From: Basidiobolus meristosporus CBS 931.73
Lineage: Eukaryota; Fungi; Basidiobolomycota
Direction: 5' to 3'
DNA: 64,000 bases
Assembly (NCBI GenBank): GCA_002104905.1
Contig: MCFE01000451.1
Location: 9,056 to 73,055 of the forward strand
Position numbers and translations under genes: made by a program
Part shown: positions 12,201-24,189 of the stretch, piece by piece
Position numbering within the stretch: position 1 is the stretch's first letter
Layout of the letters: each line of letters begins with the position of its first letter
Notes under the pieces: model-generated
Databases searched by the model: none
What the model was told of the DNA's origin: nothing
The model's input: only the letters and a program-made list of their open reading frames with translations

Positions 12201-13958
12201 GATGGTACAATTGAAAGATACAAAGCAAGACTTGTAGCCAAAGGATACTCTCAAACAAAAGGACTTGACTATACTGAGACCTTTGCACCGGTAGCCAAGT
12301 TTAATTCCATCAGATCAATATTGGCTATAGCAGCCAAATATAAGTTTTTTATTCATCAAATGGATGTAAAAACTGCATTTTTGAATGGAGAACTTGATGA
12401 GGACATGTATATGGACCAGCCTGATGGGCTTGTTGACCAAGATAACCCCCATTTGGTCTGCATGCTTAAAAAGTCACTATATGGTCTCAAACAGTCACCA
12501 AGAGCCTGGAATTGTAAGATAGATTCTTATTTGGAATCTTTGAGTTTCAAAAGAAGTAATGCTGACTATAGTATATACTATAAGCCAGATAGAGCAAATC
12601 CAGTTCTATTAGCTCTATATGTGGATGATCTTATTATAGCCACAAATAACCTAGAAACATTGGAAGAGACTAAATCCAGCCTATCTAAGGGGTTCAAGAT
12701 GTCCAATCTAGGAGAACTTAGTTACTACTTAGGGATTAAGTTCTCCATAGACAGAAGTACCCAGACTCTCACCCTAAGTCAATCCAAGTATATTCAAGAT
12801 ATACTAACGAAGTACCAAATGGAAGACTGTAAACCGGCAGCTACCCCAATGGAGACAAACCTTAACTTGGTCAAAACTCAACCAAATCAAGAGAGCTTAG
12901 TGCTATCTGAAAGCCCTGACTTTCCTTATCAATTTATGGTTGGCAGTCTGATGTATATCATCCTTGGAACATGTCCAGATATCTCATATTCAGTGGGAGT
13001 TGTCAGCCAACATAATCAGAACTATGGATCTGATCATATTGCAGCAGTTAAGCGGATTTTTAGATACCTAAAAGGAACTGCTGATATCTGCTTAAGATAC
13101 ACTTATAAGGACTCAGAACAGGATCTTGTGGGATACTCTGATGCTGATTGGGGACAAAATTTGGAAGACAGAAGATCCACCACAGGATACACCTTTCTTT
13201 ACTGTAAAGGAGCAATTTCATGGAATTCAAGAAAGCAACCAACCATAGCACTTTCTACCACAGAGGCAGAGTACATGGCAGCCTGTGAAGCTACAACAGA
13301 AGCAATGTGGCTAAGAAAGCCTCTTACAGATTTAGGCCTATGTCAAAGAACACCTATTACTTTATTTCAAGATAATCAAGGATGTATACAATTAGGTAGA
13401 AATCCAACTTTACATGCTAGAGCCAAGCACATAGATATTAGACATCATTTCATACATGAAGCTATAGAGAATAACTTAGTTAGCTTAGTTTACTGTCCTA
13501 CATATGAAATGATTGCAGACATATTTACCAAACCATTAGCTAGAGACAAGTTTGAATATCTTAGGTCAAAATTAGGACTAGTCAGTATGAACATTTAGCT
13601 GAGTGGGAGTGTTGTAAAAATTTGTATTTCCACCTAAATACTCACCTAACCTAGTCACTTAGATCAGTACCCTCAAATCCTAGAGAATACTGACCAAATT
13701 CCTTGTTGGGATTTACTTGGAATATTTTCACCAAAATACCAGGTACCCAGAACATGAAAATTCTCAAAGTTGTCCAAACAGCCCCAAACCTTGCACACAT
13801 GTTCTTAGGACCTTCCTTAACCTATTCTACATGTTTGTAATGCCCAGACCAGGTAAGAGTACAAATACTACTTTTACATTCAATAAATCATTAAGTGAAA
13901 ACCACATAATATACTTGTTCTCCCAATCACTTCCAATATCTCCAAGACTCTTACAACA
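9275..13958 (+). mobile_element. Copia-1 copy A: near full-length Ty1/copia retrotransposon, inactivated
   Basis: 349 bp LTRs at 9275-9623 and 13610-13958 (TG...CA, ~18 differences). PBS GGTTATGAGCCC at 9624-9635 and PPT at 13598-13609. Domain order is gag-PR-INT-RT-RH. Flanks do not match (GTTTT vs AAGTT). Confidence 0.95.
9655..13598 (+). pseudogene. Copia gag-pol with multiple premature stops; RT/RNase H part 12087-13598 still open
   Basis: PR WYIDSGASQH, INT IHSDLCGP/IRSDNGGEY, RT KARLVAKG/QMDVKTAFLNG/YVDD, RH GYSDADW/AEYMA/HIDIRHH/MIADIFTK. Confidence 0.93.
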
Positions 13959-16900
13959 AAGTTAAGGTTTGTCTCCACTGGGGTAGCTGCAGGTTTACAG
14001 TCATCCATTTGGCACTTCTTTAGTATATCTTGAATATACTTGGATTGGCATAGGGTTATAGTCTGGGTACTGCTATCTATGGAGAACTTAATCCCTAAGT
14101 AGTAAGTGAGTTCTCCTAGATTGGACATCTTGAACTCCTTAGATAGACTGGATTTAGTCTCTTGGATTTGCTTTATATGATTTATAATATATACTAGAGT
14201 CAGCATTACTCCTTATGAAACTCAAAGATTCCAAATAAGAATCTATCTTGCAATTCAAGGCTCTTGGTGATTTTTTGAGACCATATAGTGACCTTTTAAG
14301 CTTGCAGACCAAATGGGGGTTATCTTGGTCAGCAAACTAATCAGGCTGGTCCACATACACATCCTAATCAAGTTCTCCATTCAAAAATGCAGTTTTTACA
14401 TATATATGATGAATAAAAAAATTTACACTTGGCTGCAACAGTCAATATTAATCTGATGGAATTAAACTTGGCTACTGGTGCAAAAGTCTCAGTAGAGTCA
14501 AGTCCTTTTGTTTAAGAGTATCCTTTTGCCACAAGTATTGCTTTGTATCTTTCAATTGTACCATCAGCCTTGTATTTTGTCTTGAAGACCCATCTGCATC
14601 TAATTGATTTTTGGTTGATTGGTAATTTGACTAAGTCCCAAGTTTGATTTTCCATCAGGGCCTGATATTCCTCAGTCATTGCAGATCTCCAAAACTTTGC
14701 CTGAGGGCTATTTAGGCCTCTTTTACAGTCTGGGGCTCATCAATATGGAATGAATTGGTATAGGCATAGGCTAAGTTTGTACCCTCATTGATATAGTAAT
14801 TTGGGCTATTTCTTGTCCAATTTGATCTCCTGGCATTTCATACTGGAAGGATCACTTCTAGATATTCCTGGGCACTGATTCCGGTTGAACCACAGTTGTA
14901 GAGTCCTCTGGAGTGAAAAAATTTTCATTGTTTTGTTCTGATTCAATCCTGACAATTGGTGGACTTAAGATCAGATTTTTGTCATCATCTGATGTCATTT
15001 TTTATGAAATTTTAAATTTTCATCAAACAGCACATCCCTGGACTTCATTAGCTTCTTTGCTTTGGTATTGTAGAGTCTGTATGCTTTACTCTCATTGCAG
15101 TAGCCTAAAAATATGCATTTTAAACTTTTTGGCTCAAATATTGACTGAGTTCCAGGCATTTTCATGGCATACGCTGCATATGCAAATATTTTTAGATGTT
15201 CTGCACTTGGTCTGTATCTGTACCATGCTTCAAATAGAGTAGAATCACAAAGTATTCTTTAATAACTCCTATTTTTTAAGGTATACAGCTGTACTAACTG
15301 ATTCCCTCCAAAAATCATAGGACATTTTTTGATCATGGATTGTAGATCTTGCAATATCAATTATTGATCTGTTAGCACGTTCTGCTACTCCATTTTGCTA
15401 TGGGTGGCATGGTACAGTAGTCTCTTGCTTTATCCCATGAATTTTGCGGAAGTGGATGAAGAGTTTTGAGATATATTCTGCACCATTGTCAGAGCATATT
15501 TTCTTGATTTCTTCACCGGTTTCTTGCTCCACCATGGCTTTAAGCTCCCTGAGCTTAGACAGATCTTCTTTCTCTCTCTCCATGAAGTAGACCCATATGT
15601 ATCTTGTATAATCATCAATAAAAGTGATTAAATACTTCATCCCACCTAAGGATACATTTTGCATAGGTCCACACAGATCTGAGTGAAGTAGATCTAATCT
15701 TTTCTTAGTTTTGATTAGCCCAGAGCTCTTGAATGGTTGTCTGACTTGTTTCCCATATATGTAGGCTTCACAGTGCTCCAAATTAGCTGGGGGATCAAAT
15801 TTTACTCCAGATATTAGCTGATTGTTGATCTTTTTGCGCAAATAATCAAAATTGATGTGCCACATCTCCTATGCCAAAGCATTGGTGTTTCTTCATTTAA
15901 GTTACCTATATTGGCTTCCAAATATGATGGAATATAAGTCAACTTGTATTTATTCTGATCTCTGATACCCAAAGCAATATGGGCACCATTTTGAACAGTG
16001 ATCTTGTATACAGAATTGTCAAAGCTGAAACTAAGTCCTTCTGCTATGGCCTTGCTTACAGATAGTAGGTTCTTGGCTATTTCTGGTACATAGAGTACTT
16101 CTTTAAAGGTCAGTGTATGGCTTACTTCCTGCTTTCAAGGTTTACTTGAACAGCTTCCTCTCCTGCTACATCAAGTGTTCTATTGTCACCTATGAAAACC
16201 TTCTTAATTGGAATTTCTTGATATTGGGTAAAAAGTTCTTTTTGGTGTTTAAAGTGTTGAGGTGCTCCAGATTTAATATACCACATCTGTTGCTCCTTGT
16301 TTGTGGTCATATATAGTGCAGATATGAATTGTCTATCTTCAGTTGATGCAACACTTCCTTATTTGGGCTTTTTCTGATGACTACCTCTCTTTGAAGCACT
16401 GGTGTGGAGGTGTATAGGTCCAAGGGAGAGAAATGTCCAACACTTCTCAAGTTTTTGTGTGTGGGGTGTTCACTGGGTGCAACAGCCTTTGGCAAAAGCT
16501 TGCTAGGAATAGTTAGGTTCTGTCCCTAATCCAATGTGATGGGGAAAAAGCTACAAGCTTGTCAAGGGGAAACTATTGAGCTACAATCCCCATCTTAGTT
16601 GGTGTCTTAACAAAAGTATGTGCTGGGTTCAGCATCCTTTGAGATGACAATGTACTTAAGCTTCCAAAGTCAAAACAACTGTAAATCTGCCAGCAGGGAC
16701 TTGTTAAGAATGCAGCTGTGGGCAATAGTTTCACAGACAGAAAAGTATCTTTGCCAGTACAAGAACAAATTTGGGAAAGAATCAAATATTGCAAAAGATA
16801 CCTATTCTGAGTATTCCTCACAAGTAGTGCCTCCAAGGTTAGTTGGCTGTCAGCGCAGTTTCCTAGGAGTGTCCTGTGGTCTGGGGTTGGAAGTTCAGAT

Positions 16901-18538
16901 AGCAGCAGGTAGCAGTAATCACACTAATCAACAAGTTGGTATATTGACAAAAGGGATGTTGATTTATTGTTGAGGGATTGCCTCCCTTTTATACTTTCTC
17001 ACTGGCCAAGTGATTACTAATTGTGGTGTTCCAGAAGGTTCCAGAGATTAATAGAAATCTTAATGACATCTAAATGAGCTAAGAGTATGCTAAGTAGGTG
17101 CCAGAAGGTTCTAAGAGGCACAGCACATCCAACCAATCAGCTTGTGTAACATAGAACACCTTATATGGTATGGAAGTGGTAGGGATGGTTACATGGGTTG
17201 ATCATATGTCACAGGTACTGGTGTGGGTTCTTGCCTAATATAGAAGCACTTACAGCTAGCATTCTTACATAAAGTGGGGATAACTTATACAATAAGGTGA
17301 GCAGGTGTGAGTCAACCAGCTTATGGGATAGTACTGATCAAGTATGACAAATGTGATAAAACTAAAATAAGTGTAGTAGTGAAATAGGGAAGTAGAAAAT
17401 ATGGAGATGAGTACATCTGTCAGAGGGTGTTACTGTGACCCCACTGCACCAGTCTGATGTGGGTCCTTTCCTTTTGAGTAGTTACAGAACAGGTTGCTAT
17501 TGTCTTTGAAAGGTCTTGGGTATTTCATTTGTTGGTTATCATTGCTTATTAAAGCATTCTCTTCTTCCTTCTTATTGGCTCTTGATTCTCTTAGTTGCTC
17601 ATCCAGAAGCCTTCCATATACATAATTTAAGGTCAAATCTTCAGTTCTAGACTCTAGGGCTGATAGAAGGCCCTGAAGCTTATCTGTCAGTCTATTCAGG
17701 ATGGTAACTATTACATCCTCATCAGTAGTTTCTATGCTCACAGATTCCATCTCATCCACCAGTAGGGTAATTCTGTTAATTATATTTTTTATTTCTTCTT
17801 CTGGCTGCGTCTTTGGAGTAAAGAATTTTTGTCTCAGATACATTTTCTTAGCAACTGAACATGACTGGTAGGTGTCTTCCAATACCTTCCAGGCATTCTT
17901 GGCTGTTTTACTCTTGGGCATTGAATTAGCAGTTTTTCTTTACATTAAGGCAAATGCAGTTAAAGGCTCTTTATTTGTTCTTCTGGTACTTCAAGGCTTC
18001 CTCTCACATGTTTTTAAGATAACAATCTTCTCCCATGACAATATCCCATAGGCCTCTTTCTTGTAGCAGCATCTTCATCTTCACCTTCCACATTGGCAGT
18101 TAGATCCATCCAACTTTTCAGCAAAGGGAAAAAATTCCAGAAATAGCAGTAGTAGACATTGCGGAGAGTGACAGCTAAGGGCTCATAACCTGTTGTAAGA
18201 GTCTTGGAGATATTGGAAGTGTTTGGGAGGATGAGTAGATTATGTGTTTTTCACTTAATGATTTATTGAATGTAGAAGTAATATTAATACTTTTACATGG
18301 TCTTGGCATACAAAACATGTAGTATATGTTAAGGAAAGTCCCAAGAACATGTATGCAAAGCTTGGGGCTGTTTGGACAACTTTGAGAATTTTCATGTTCT
18401 GGTTACCTGGTATTTTGGTGAAAATATTCCAAGTAAATCCCAACAAGGAACTTGATCAGTATACTCTAGGATTGGAAGATAATGATCTAGTGACTAAGTT
18501 AGGTGAATATTCAGGTGGAATTCCAAACTTTTACAAGA
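13959..18538 (-). mobile_element. Copia-1 copy B, inverted and degenerate: 5' LTR 18191-18538, gag, PR, INT and 5' part of RT
   Basis: Reverse-complement homology to copy A from the LTR to A ~12868. PBS on the minus strand at 18180-18190. Interrupted by a solo gypsy LTR. Confidence 0.9.
16403..17448 (-). repeat. Solo LTR of the Gypsy-W family, older and diverged
   Basis: Reverse complement begins TGCAGTGGGGTCACAGTAACACCC and ends TATACACCTCCACA, and is colinear with the W LTR at 55758-56835. 4 bp TSD derived from CCGG. Confidence 0.88.
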
Positions 18539-19597
18539 ATTAAGAATATCATGTGCCAATAAAAACAAGGAGAAAATGCTTTAATAGGCAGTGATTGCCA
18601 ACAAAGGAGGTACTCAAGACCCTTCAATGGCATCAGCAACCTGATTTGCAGCTACTACAAAAGGGAAGGGCAGATGGCAGGCTGGTGCTTTGAGAAAAGA
18701 GATAATCAGCAGAAATAGCCAAAATATTAATATGCTGCAACAGCTGAAGATAGACTATTTACATCAGCACTAAGTATGACCACAAAGAAGGATTTTCACA
18801 CATGGTATATTGACTCAAGAGTAACTCACCACTTTATGCACCCACAAGAACATTTTACACATTATTGGAAAATTCCATTTAAGGTGGCTTTCATGGGAGA
18901 CAATAGAACACTGGATGCATTTGAAGAGGGGGCTATCCATGTAAATCTCAGAAGCAGTGAAGGAAGCCATGCACTTACCTACAAATATGTACTCTATGTA
19001 CCAGAAAAAGGCAAAAACATACTTCTGTAAGCAAGACTGCAGTATAAGGACTCAGTTTCAGCTTTTACAATTCTGGATGCAGGATCACTGATAAAAATGG
19101 CGCCCTAATTGCTTTGGGTATTAGAGATCAGAATCTACACAGGTTGACTTATATTCCGTCATATCTGGAAGCCAATGTAAGTAACCTTGAAGAAGAAATA
19201 CTAATGCTTTGGCAAAGTGGATTTAGACACATCAACTTTGATTATTCTGCAAAATGATCAATGGTCAGCTAATATCCGGGTTATAGACTGATCCCCCAGC
19301 AGATTTAGAGCACTGTGAAGCCTGCATAAATGTGAAACAAGCCAGAGAGCTGCTCAAGAGCTCAAGACTAATAAAAACTAAAAGAATACTAGATTTAGCT
19401 CTCTCAGAGCTGTGTGCACCTATGCACTTTATCCTTAGGTGGGATGAATTATTTTATCAAATTTATTGCTGATTTTACAAGATACATATGGGTCTACTTC
19501 ATGGTAAGAAAGAGAAAGCTCTGTCAAAGTTCAAGAAGTTTAAAGCCCTGATGGAGAGAAGAACTGTTAAGAAATCAAGAATTTTTACTTGGACAAT
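18539..19597 (+). mobile_element. Copia-1 copy C: gag end, protease and integrase start; right half of the D element
   Basis: Resumes at the A-equivalent position ~10221. WYIDSRVTHH is a degenerate PR motif. Confidence 0.8.
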
Positions 19598-21312
19598 CCC
19601 TGTGAAAATAACTTGGTCCCACATGTGAATCCAATCAGGATCAGACATCAAGATCTTACAATGTGGCCATCATAATGCCAGCAGCCTGAAATTATTAACC
19701 CTCTTCACACATTTATGACTGGATTGTGACAGTGTTTTGCTGATTTTATTGCTATATATGTAAGTAAACATAACAGTGTTTGAGTGGCTCTCTGACAGAA
19801 TTTTGATGGCATTCTGATGGGCCTATTGCAGCCTTCACTTATTTGAGCAGACCCAACTGGCCAGTACATGCATATGCCATATGTGCAAAAAAACTTTGCC
19901 ATTATTTTGACAGCTTTGATGCAGACCTCTGATAGCATTGCAATGGAAATACAGTGGCCTACTGCCAGTACTGTATAATGCAATCACACTAATTAACCAG
20001 ATAGTATTTTCATTTGCTATCTCCCCTTGCACTGCTCATATATTTCATTGTAGAGTTGCCCCAATTTATTTGCTTACCTACAATAGTAGTGGGTATTCCA
20101 CATATAGTGCAGATCACAAAAACAATGGCCTCTTGATTACTAACCTCTACATAGAGGCACACCCATTGCAATTGACATACTTCTATCACCACAACTCTAT
20201 GTCTTTTCAGTGGCAAACTTGTAAAGTTGTCATATATCTTGTATTGCTGGTAAGATATACATCTTGCCAACATATACTTGGTTGCTGCCACTTTGCCATG
20301 AATAACTCTTGAGTATGAGCAAAATACTTTTTGGTACATGACTACTACATTCCTTCTTCCTGCTGGGTTTAGTCCCCTCTATAGATACACTCTGGCACTT
20401 GTTTGCAGGAATTTTGTATTAGATGGTGTAAATGCTGGCTTGTACCTGGGAGAAGCCTGGCATATATTTGTAAAGTTGTCCTTGCAAAAGTTAATTGCTT
20501 GGTGCAGCTTACCCAACTATGCATTACTTAAGTGATTACCCATGAATTGAGGGTGCTTAGCTTCTTAAGATCAATGTGTAGGTGTCTCCATGTGCATATC
20601 TCTTCTGAGTATTCTCCTACTCTTCCTGACTGTCCTCCATGTGCTAACTCATCACATCCATGATAGACTTGAAGGTAATATTCTTAATGGGATTGGGATA
20701 TGGTAGTACTTGTGGCTTAGTGACTTCTGAATATTCTCTCTGTGGCAAGATGATTAATATTGGTGTTGGGATAATAGTAATGTGTGTGAGTTATTGTGTA
20801 CATCCTCTAGATCTCACACATTCAACAGCAATATTATCCATTGTGCCCAGAAATGTAGGCTATCTTGCTAATGGCTGGGGTATCTCCAATTCAGATAATA
20901 ATACGCACTTTTGCATGAAGGCCATTTACTGTTATCCCACAGGAAAGCATACAAACCTCATCCAGTAATGAATACAGGTGGCCATCCAGGTTAGGTGGTA
21001 ATTTAAGCCCAGATATCAGTAAGACTACAATCAGATTTCCTCTCTGTTAATGTAAGATAAGCAGCAGATTCATGATGATGAGAGTCAAATGCCAGCAGAA
21101 TTTGCTGGCAGAGTACTTATTCAATTAAAATCTTTTAAGTGCCAAGGCAAAAGCATGTACCTACATACATATAAAGTAGCCCTTGCTTTTGAGTTGTTTG
21201 TATTTTTGGCCATCAAATATATTGGAAATGCTTGTGCTTGATTGATACTGTGTGCAGTACTTCATAGATTCCCAAAATCTGCCAGACTGCATGAGCTACT
21301 TAAGACAGTTAT
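19598..21312 (-). mobile_element. CMC/EnSpm transposon copy 2: right end plus 3' part of the transposase, degenerate
   Basis: TIR CCCTGTGAAAATA at 19598. Reverse-complement homology to ~27500-29915 with internal deletions. Confidence 0.85.
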
Positions 21313-24150
21313 TGTTATGAATAGACACAGAGCATGAGAGTAGGGCTAGGCAAGGCAGGACCAGGAAAGGACTTAGGTGTGGAGCAACAAGGCAATGTAG
21401 ATTTCCAAGGCAAGGCTGTTTATTCAAGAACTGTGTTTATTGGACTGAGGAATACATAAGGGGGATTAGGACTATATATACTTTTTGGCAATATGGATGC
21501 CAAGATATATTGGCTAATACTGATGGGGTTCTGGGGTGAGACACAGTAAGTGTGCAAAGATAGAATATACTAAAGAACAAACTGGAATATCACAAGGCAA
21601 TATGTCAGGGATCAGCTGATCATGTGACTAGGTCATGTGACATCTAGTTACCATATATGACATGGGACTACATAAATTCTAATGGGAAGCTTCCATAGAA
21701 TGTTCTATTATGTAACATTGACTTGCAGCTTTCAAGAAGTTGCTAGAATGTAATAGAACTTTCTAGAAGGAACTGGGATTTCTTCACTGGCTTGATTTAG
21801 CTATATAGTTGGAGACCAGGGATGTCATGTGATCATGACCCTATACTCCTCTTTTGAAGGGCTCTCTTCAAGCTTTTGGCTTTGGCTTGTTGGGGTGTGT
21901 CTGGTGGAATAGCGCAACTAGATCTTGGCAGTTTGTAAGGTTTGCTGCTGGTTCTCAAGTTTGATCATTTAGGCTGTAACCCACCCAATCTACCAGATAG
22001 TGAAGTTGGGATCTGATGTACTTTGAATCCAACACTTGCTGAGCTTCAAACTCTTGGTGTTTGTCCACTTGGATGGCTGGGGGATTTGCTGGGTACTGTT
22101 TGGGTAGAGTACTTTCATGGAATGGTTCTAGGAGGGATATATGGAATGTATCATGAATTTTCATACTTGGTGGCAACTGTAGTTGGTACACAAGTGAACT
22201 AGGTTTCTTCTTGATCTTGAATGGACCTAGCTTCTTGTAGTCTAATTTTTCACAAGGGCGGCTGGTAGCAATGTTTCTGCTCAAGAGCCATACCAAATCT
22301 CCTTCATTAAGCTTGGGGCTACGCTGCCATTTGTTGTCTGAAACTTCTTGTACCCCTCATGGGCTAAGGATAGTTCTTGATTGAATGTTTCTTGGATATC
22401 TAGAATTGTTGATGCATGTTCAGCTGCTGGGGGGCTCATAGGGTTGGTTGGGATCTGAATATCAAACTGTGGATGAAAACCACAATATGCATAGAATGGA
22501 ACAAGACTTGTTGCAATATGACATGAGTTGTTTTAGGCAAGTTCTGCAAGTGGTAGCAGTTTGGTCCAGCTGACTTGCTGATAGTTGATATAGCACTGGA
22601 GGTGTTGTTCATGGATCTGGTTAATTCTCTCTGTCTGGCCATCTGACTGTGGAAGAAAAGCAGTTGAGAGCTTGACTTGCACACCAAGATATTGCATGAA
22701 GTGTTTCCAGAACTTTGATATGAACTGGGGTCCTCTCTCTGATACAATGACACTGGGGATACCATGGAGCCAAAAAACGCTCTTGATTACTAAGTGGGCT
22801 ATCTCCTTAGCATCTATGTTCTTTGAGCAGGGAATGAAGTGAGCCATCTTGGTGAGCCAATCTACCACTACTAGGATTGAATTGAATTGGTTGGATTCTG
22901 GGAGGTCAGTGATGAAGTTCCTTGAAATTGACTTCCATTGCTGGTCAGGGACTGGCAAGGGTTGGAGAAGTCCATATGACTGGTGTCTAGCAGATTTTAC
23001 ACATATACATATAGCGCAGGATTGGAGGTACTCCTTGATGAGAGATATCATCTTGGGCCACCAGAAGTCTCTCTTGATTGCATTCATGGTTTTGGCAGTA
23101 CCAAAATTTCCTGCAGCCTTAGGATCATGGTGAGAATGGATGATATCCAACTGGGTATCAAGGTCTGGAACATACAGTTGGTGCTTGTGGTAGATGATGT
23201 CATTGACTGGATGTAGGTACTGGAGGTTTGGGAACTTGGGTGGTGGATCAGTGGAGGATTTGAGATATTTCTCAATTGTAGTGGCTATGGAACAGGTGGC
23301 TTGGCTGGCCTTGGCTTTCACAAGCAGTCAGGGAGCAATAATACTGGAGGACTGGGTTGCAAGGAGCTCAAAGTGTCTTTTGCCAAGTACTGGGTTTTTC
23401 ATTTGTCAACAGGCATCATCCCCTTCTTCAAGGGAATACTCCACCTTTCTGGACAGGTCAGGGCAAGCAAGCAGGGGAACATACAGGAAGGATTGCTTGA
23501 TGGAATTAAAGGACTTGGCCTGTACCTCATTCCAGGCAAAGGGCAGATTCATCTGTGCAAGCTTTGTCAAGGGAGTGACTATCTTGGAGTAGTTGGCAAT
23601 AAATTTATGATAGAAGTTGGCAAATCCAAGGAAGGATGGCACTTCTTTTACAGAACAGGGAGTTTTCCACAACTGGATGGCTTTTACTTTCTTGGGGTCC
23701 ATTCTTGTTCCATTTGAGCTGATAAGATAACCTAAGAACTCAACTTCTCTCTGGTCAAACTCACATTTCTCCAGTTTGGCATAGAGGCCAGCAGTGTTAA
23801 GTTTGTTCAAGACTTTGTTGACATGGGAGTTATGTTCTTGTTGTGTCTTAGTGTAGATTAAGATGTCATCAAGGTAGATAACCACAAATTGGTCAAGGTA
23901 TTCACAGAATATGTGATTCATCAGGTGTTGAGACCAAATGGCATAACTTTATACTCAAAATGACCATATCTTGTTCTGAATGCAGTTTTCCATTCATCAC
24001 CAGGCTTGATCCTGACAAGATTATATGCTCCTCTGAGGTCAATCTTAGTAAATACTTTGGCAGCAGAGAGTTGATCTAACAGGGTGTGGATCAGGGGCAA
24101 AGGGTACCAGTTTTTGATTGTGATCTTATTCAGTGCACAGTAGTCTACAC
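21313..24150 (-). mobile_element. Gypsy-Y chromovirus, 3' half: RT, integrase, chromodomain and 3' LTR 21313-~21840; RNase H deleted
   Basis: [35 protein letters not shown]-like and KKLGPFKI motifs. Chromodomain EFEAQQVLDSK...YLVDWVGY...T*EP. Confidence 0.92.
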
Positions 24151-24189
24151 CCCTATGAAAAATTATTGAGATGATCCTGTCAAAAGGCC

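Noticed and set aside
9382-13965. ORFs 9382-9768, 13717-13965 and 18255-18446, and the paired ORFs in the W LTRs (56089/62197, 56448/62556)
   Set aside because: They recur only because they lie in LTR copies and show no sign of coding function.
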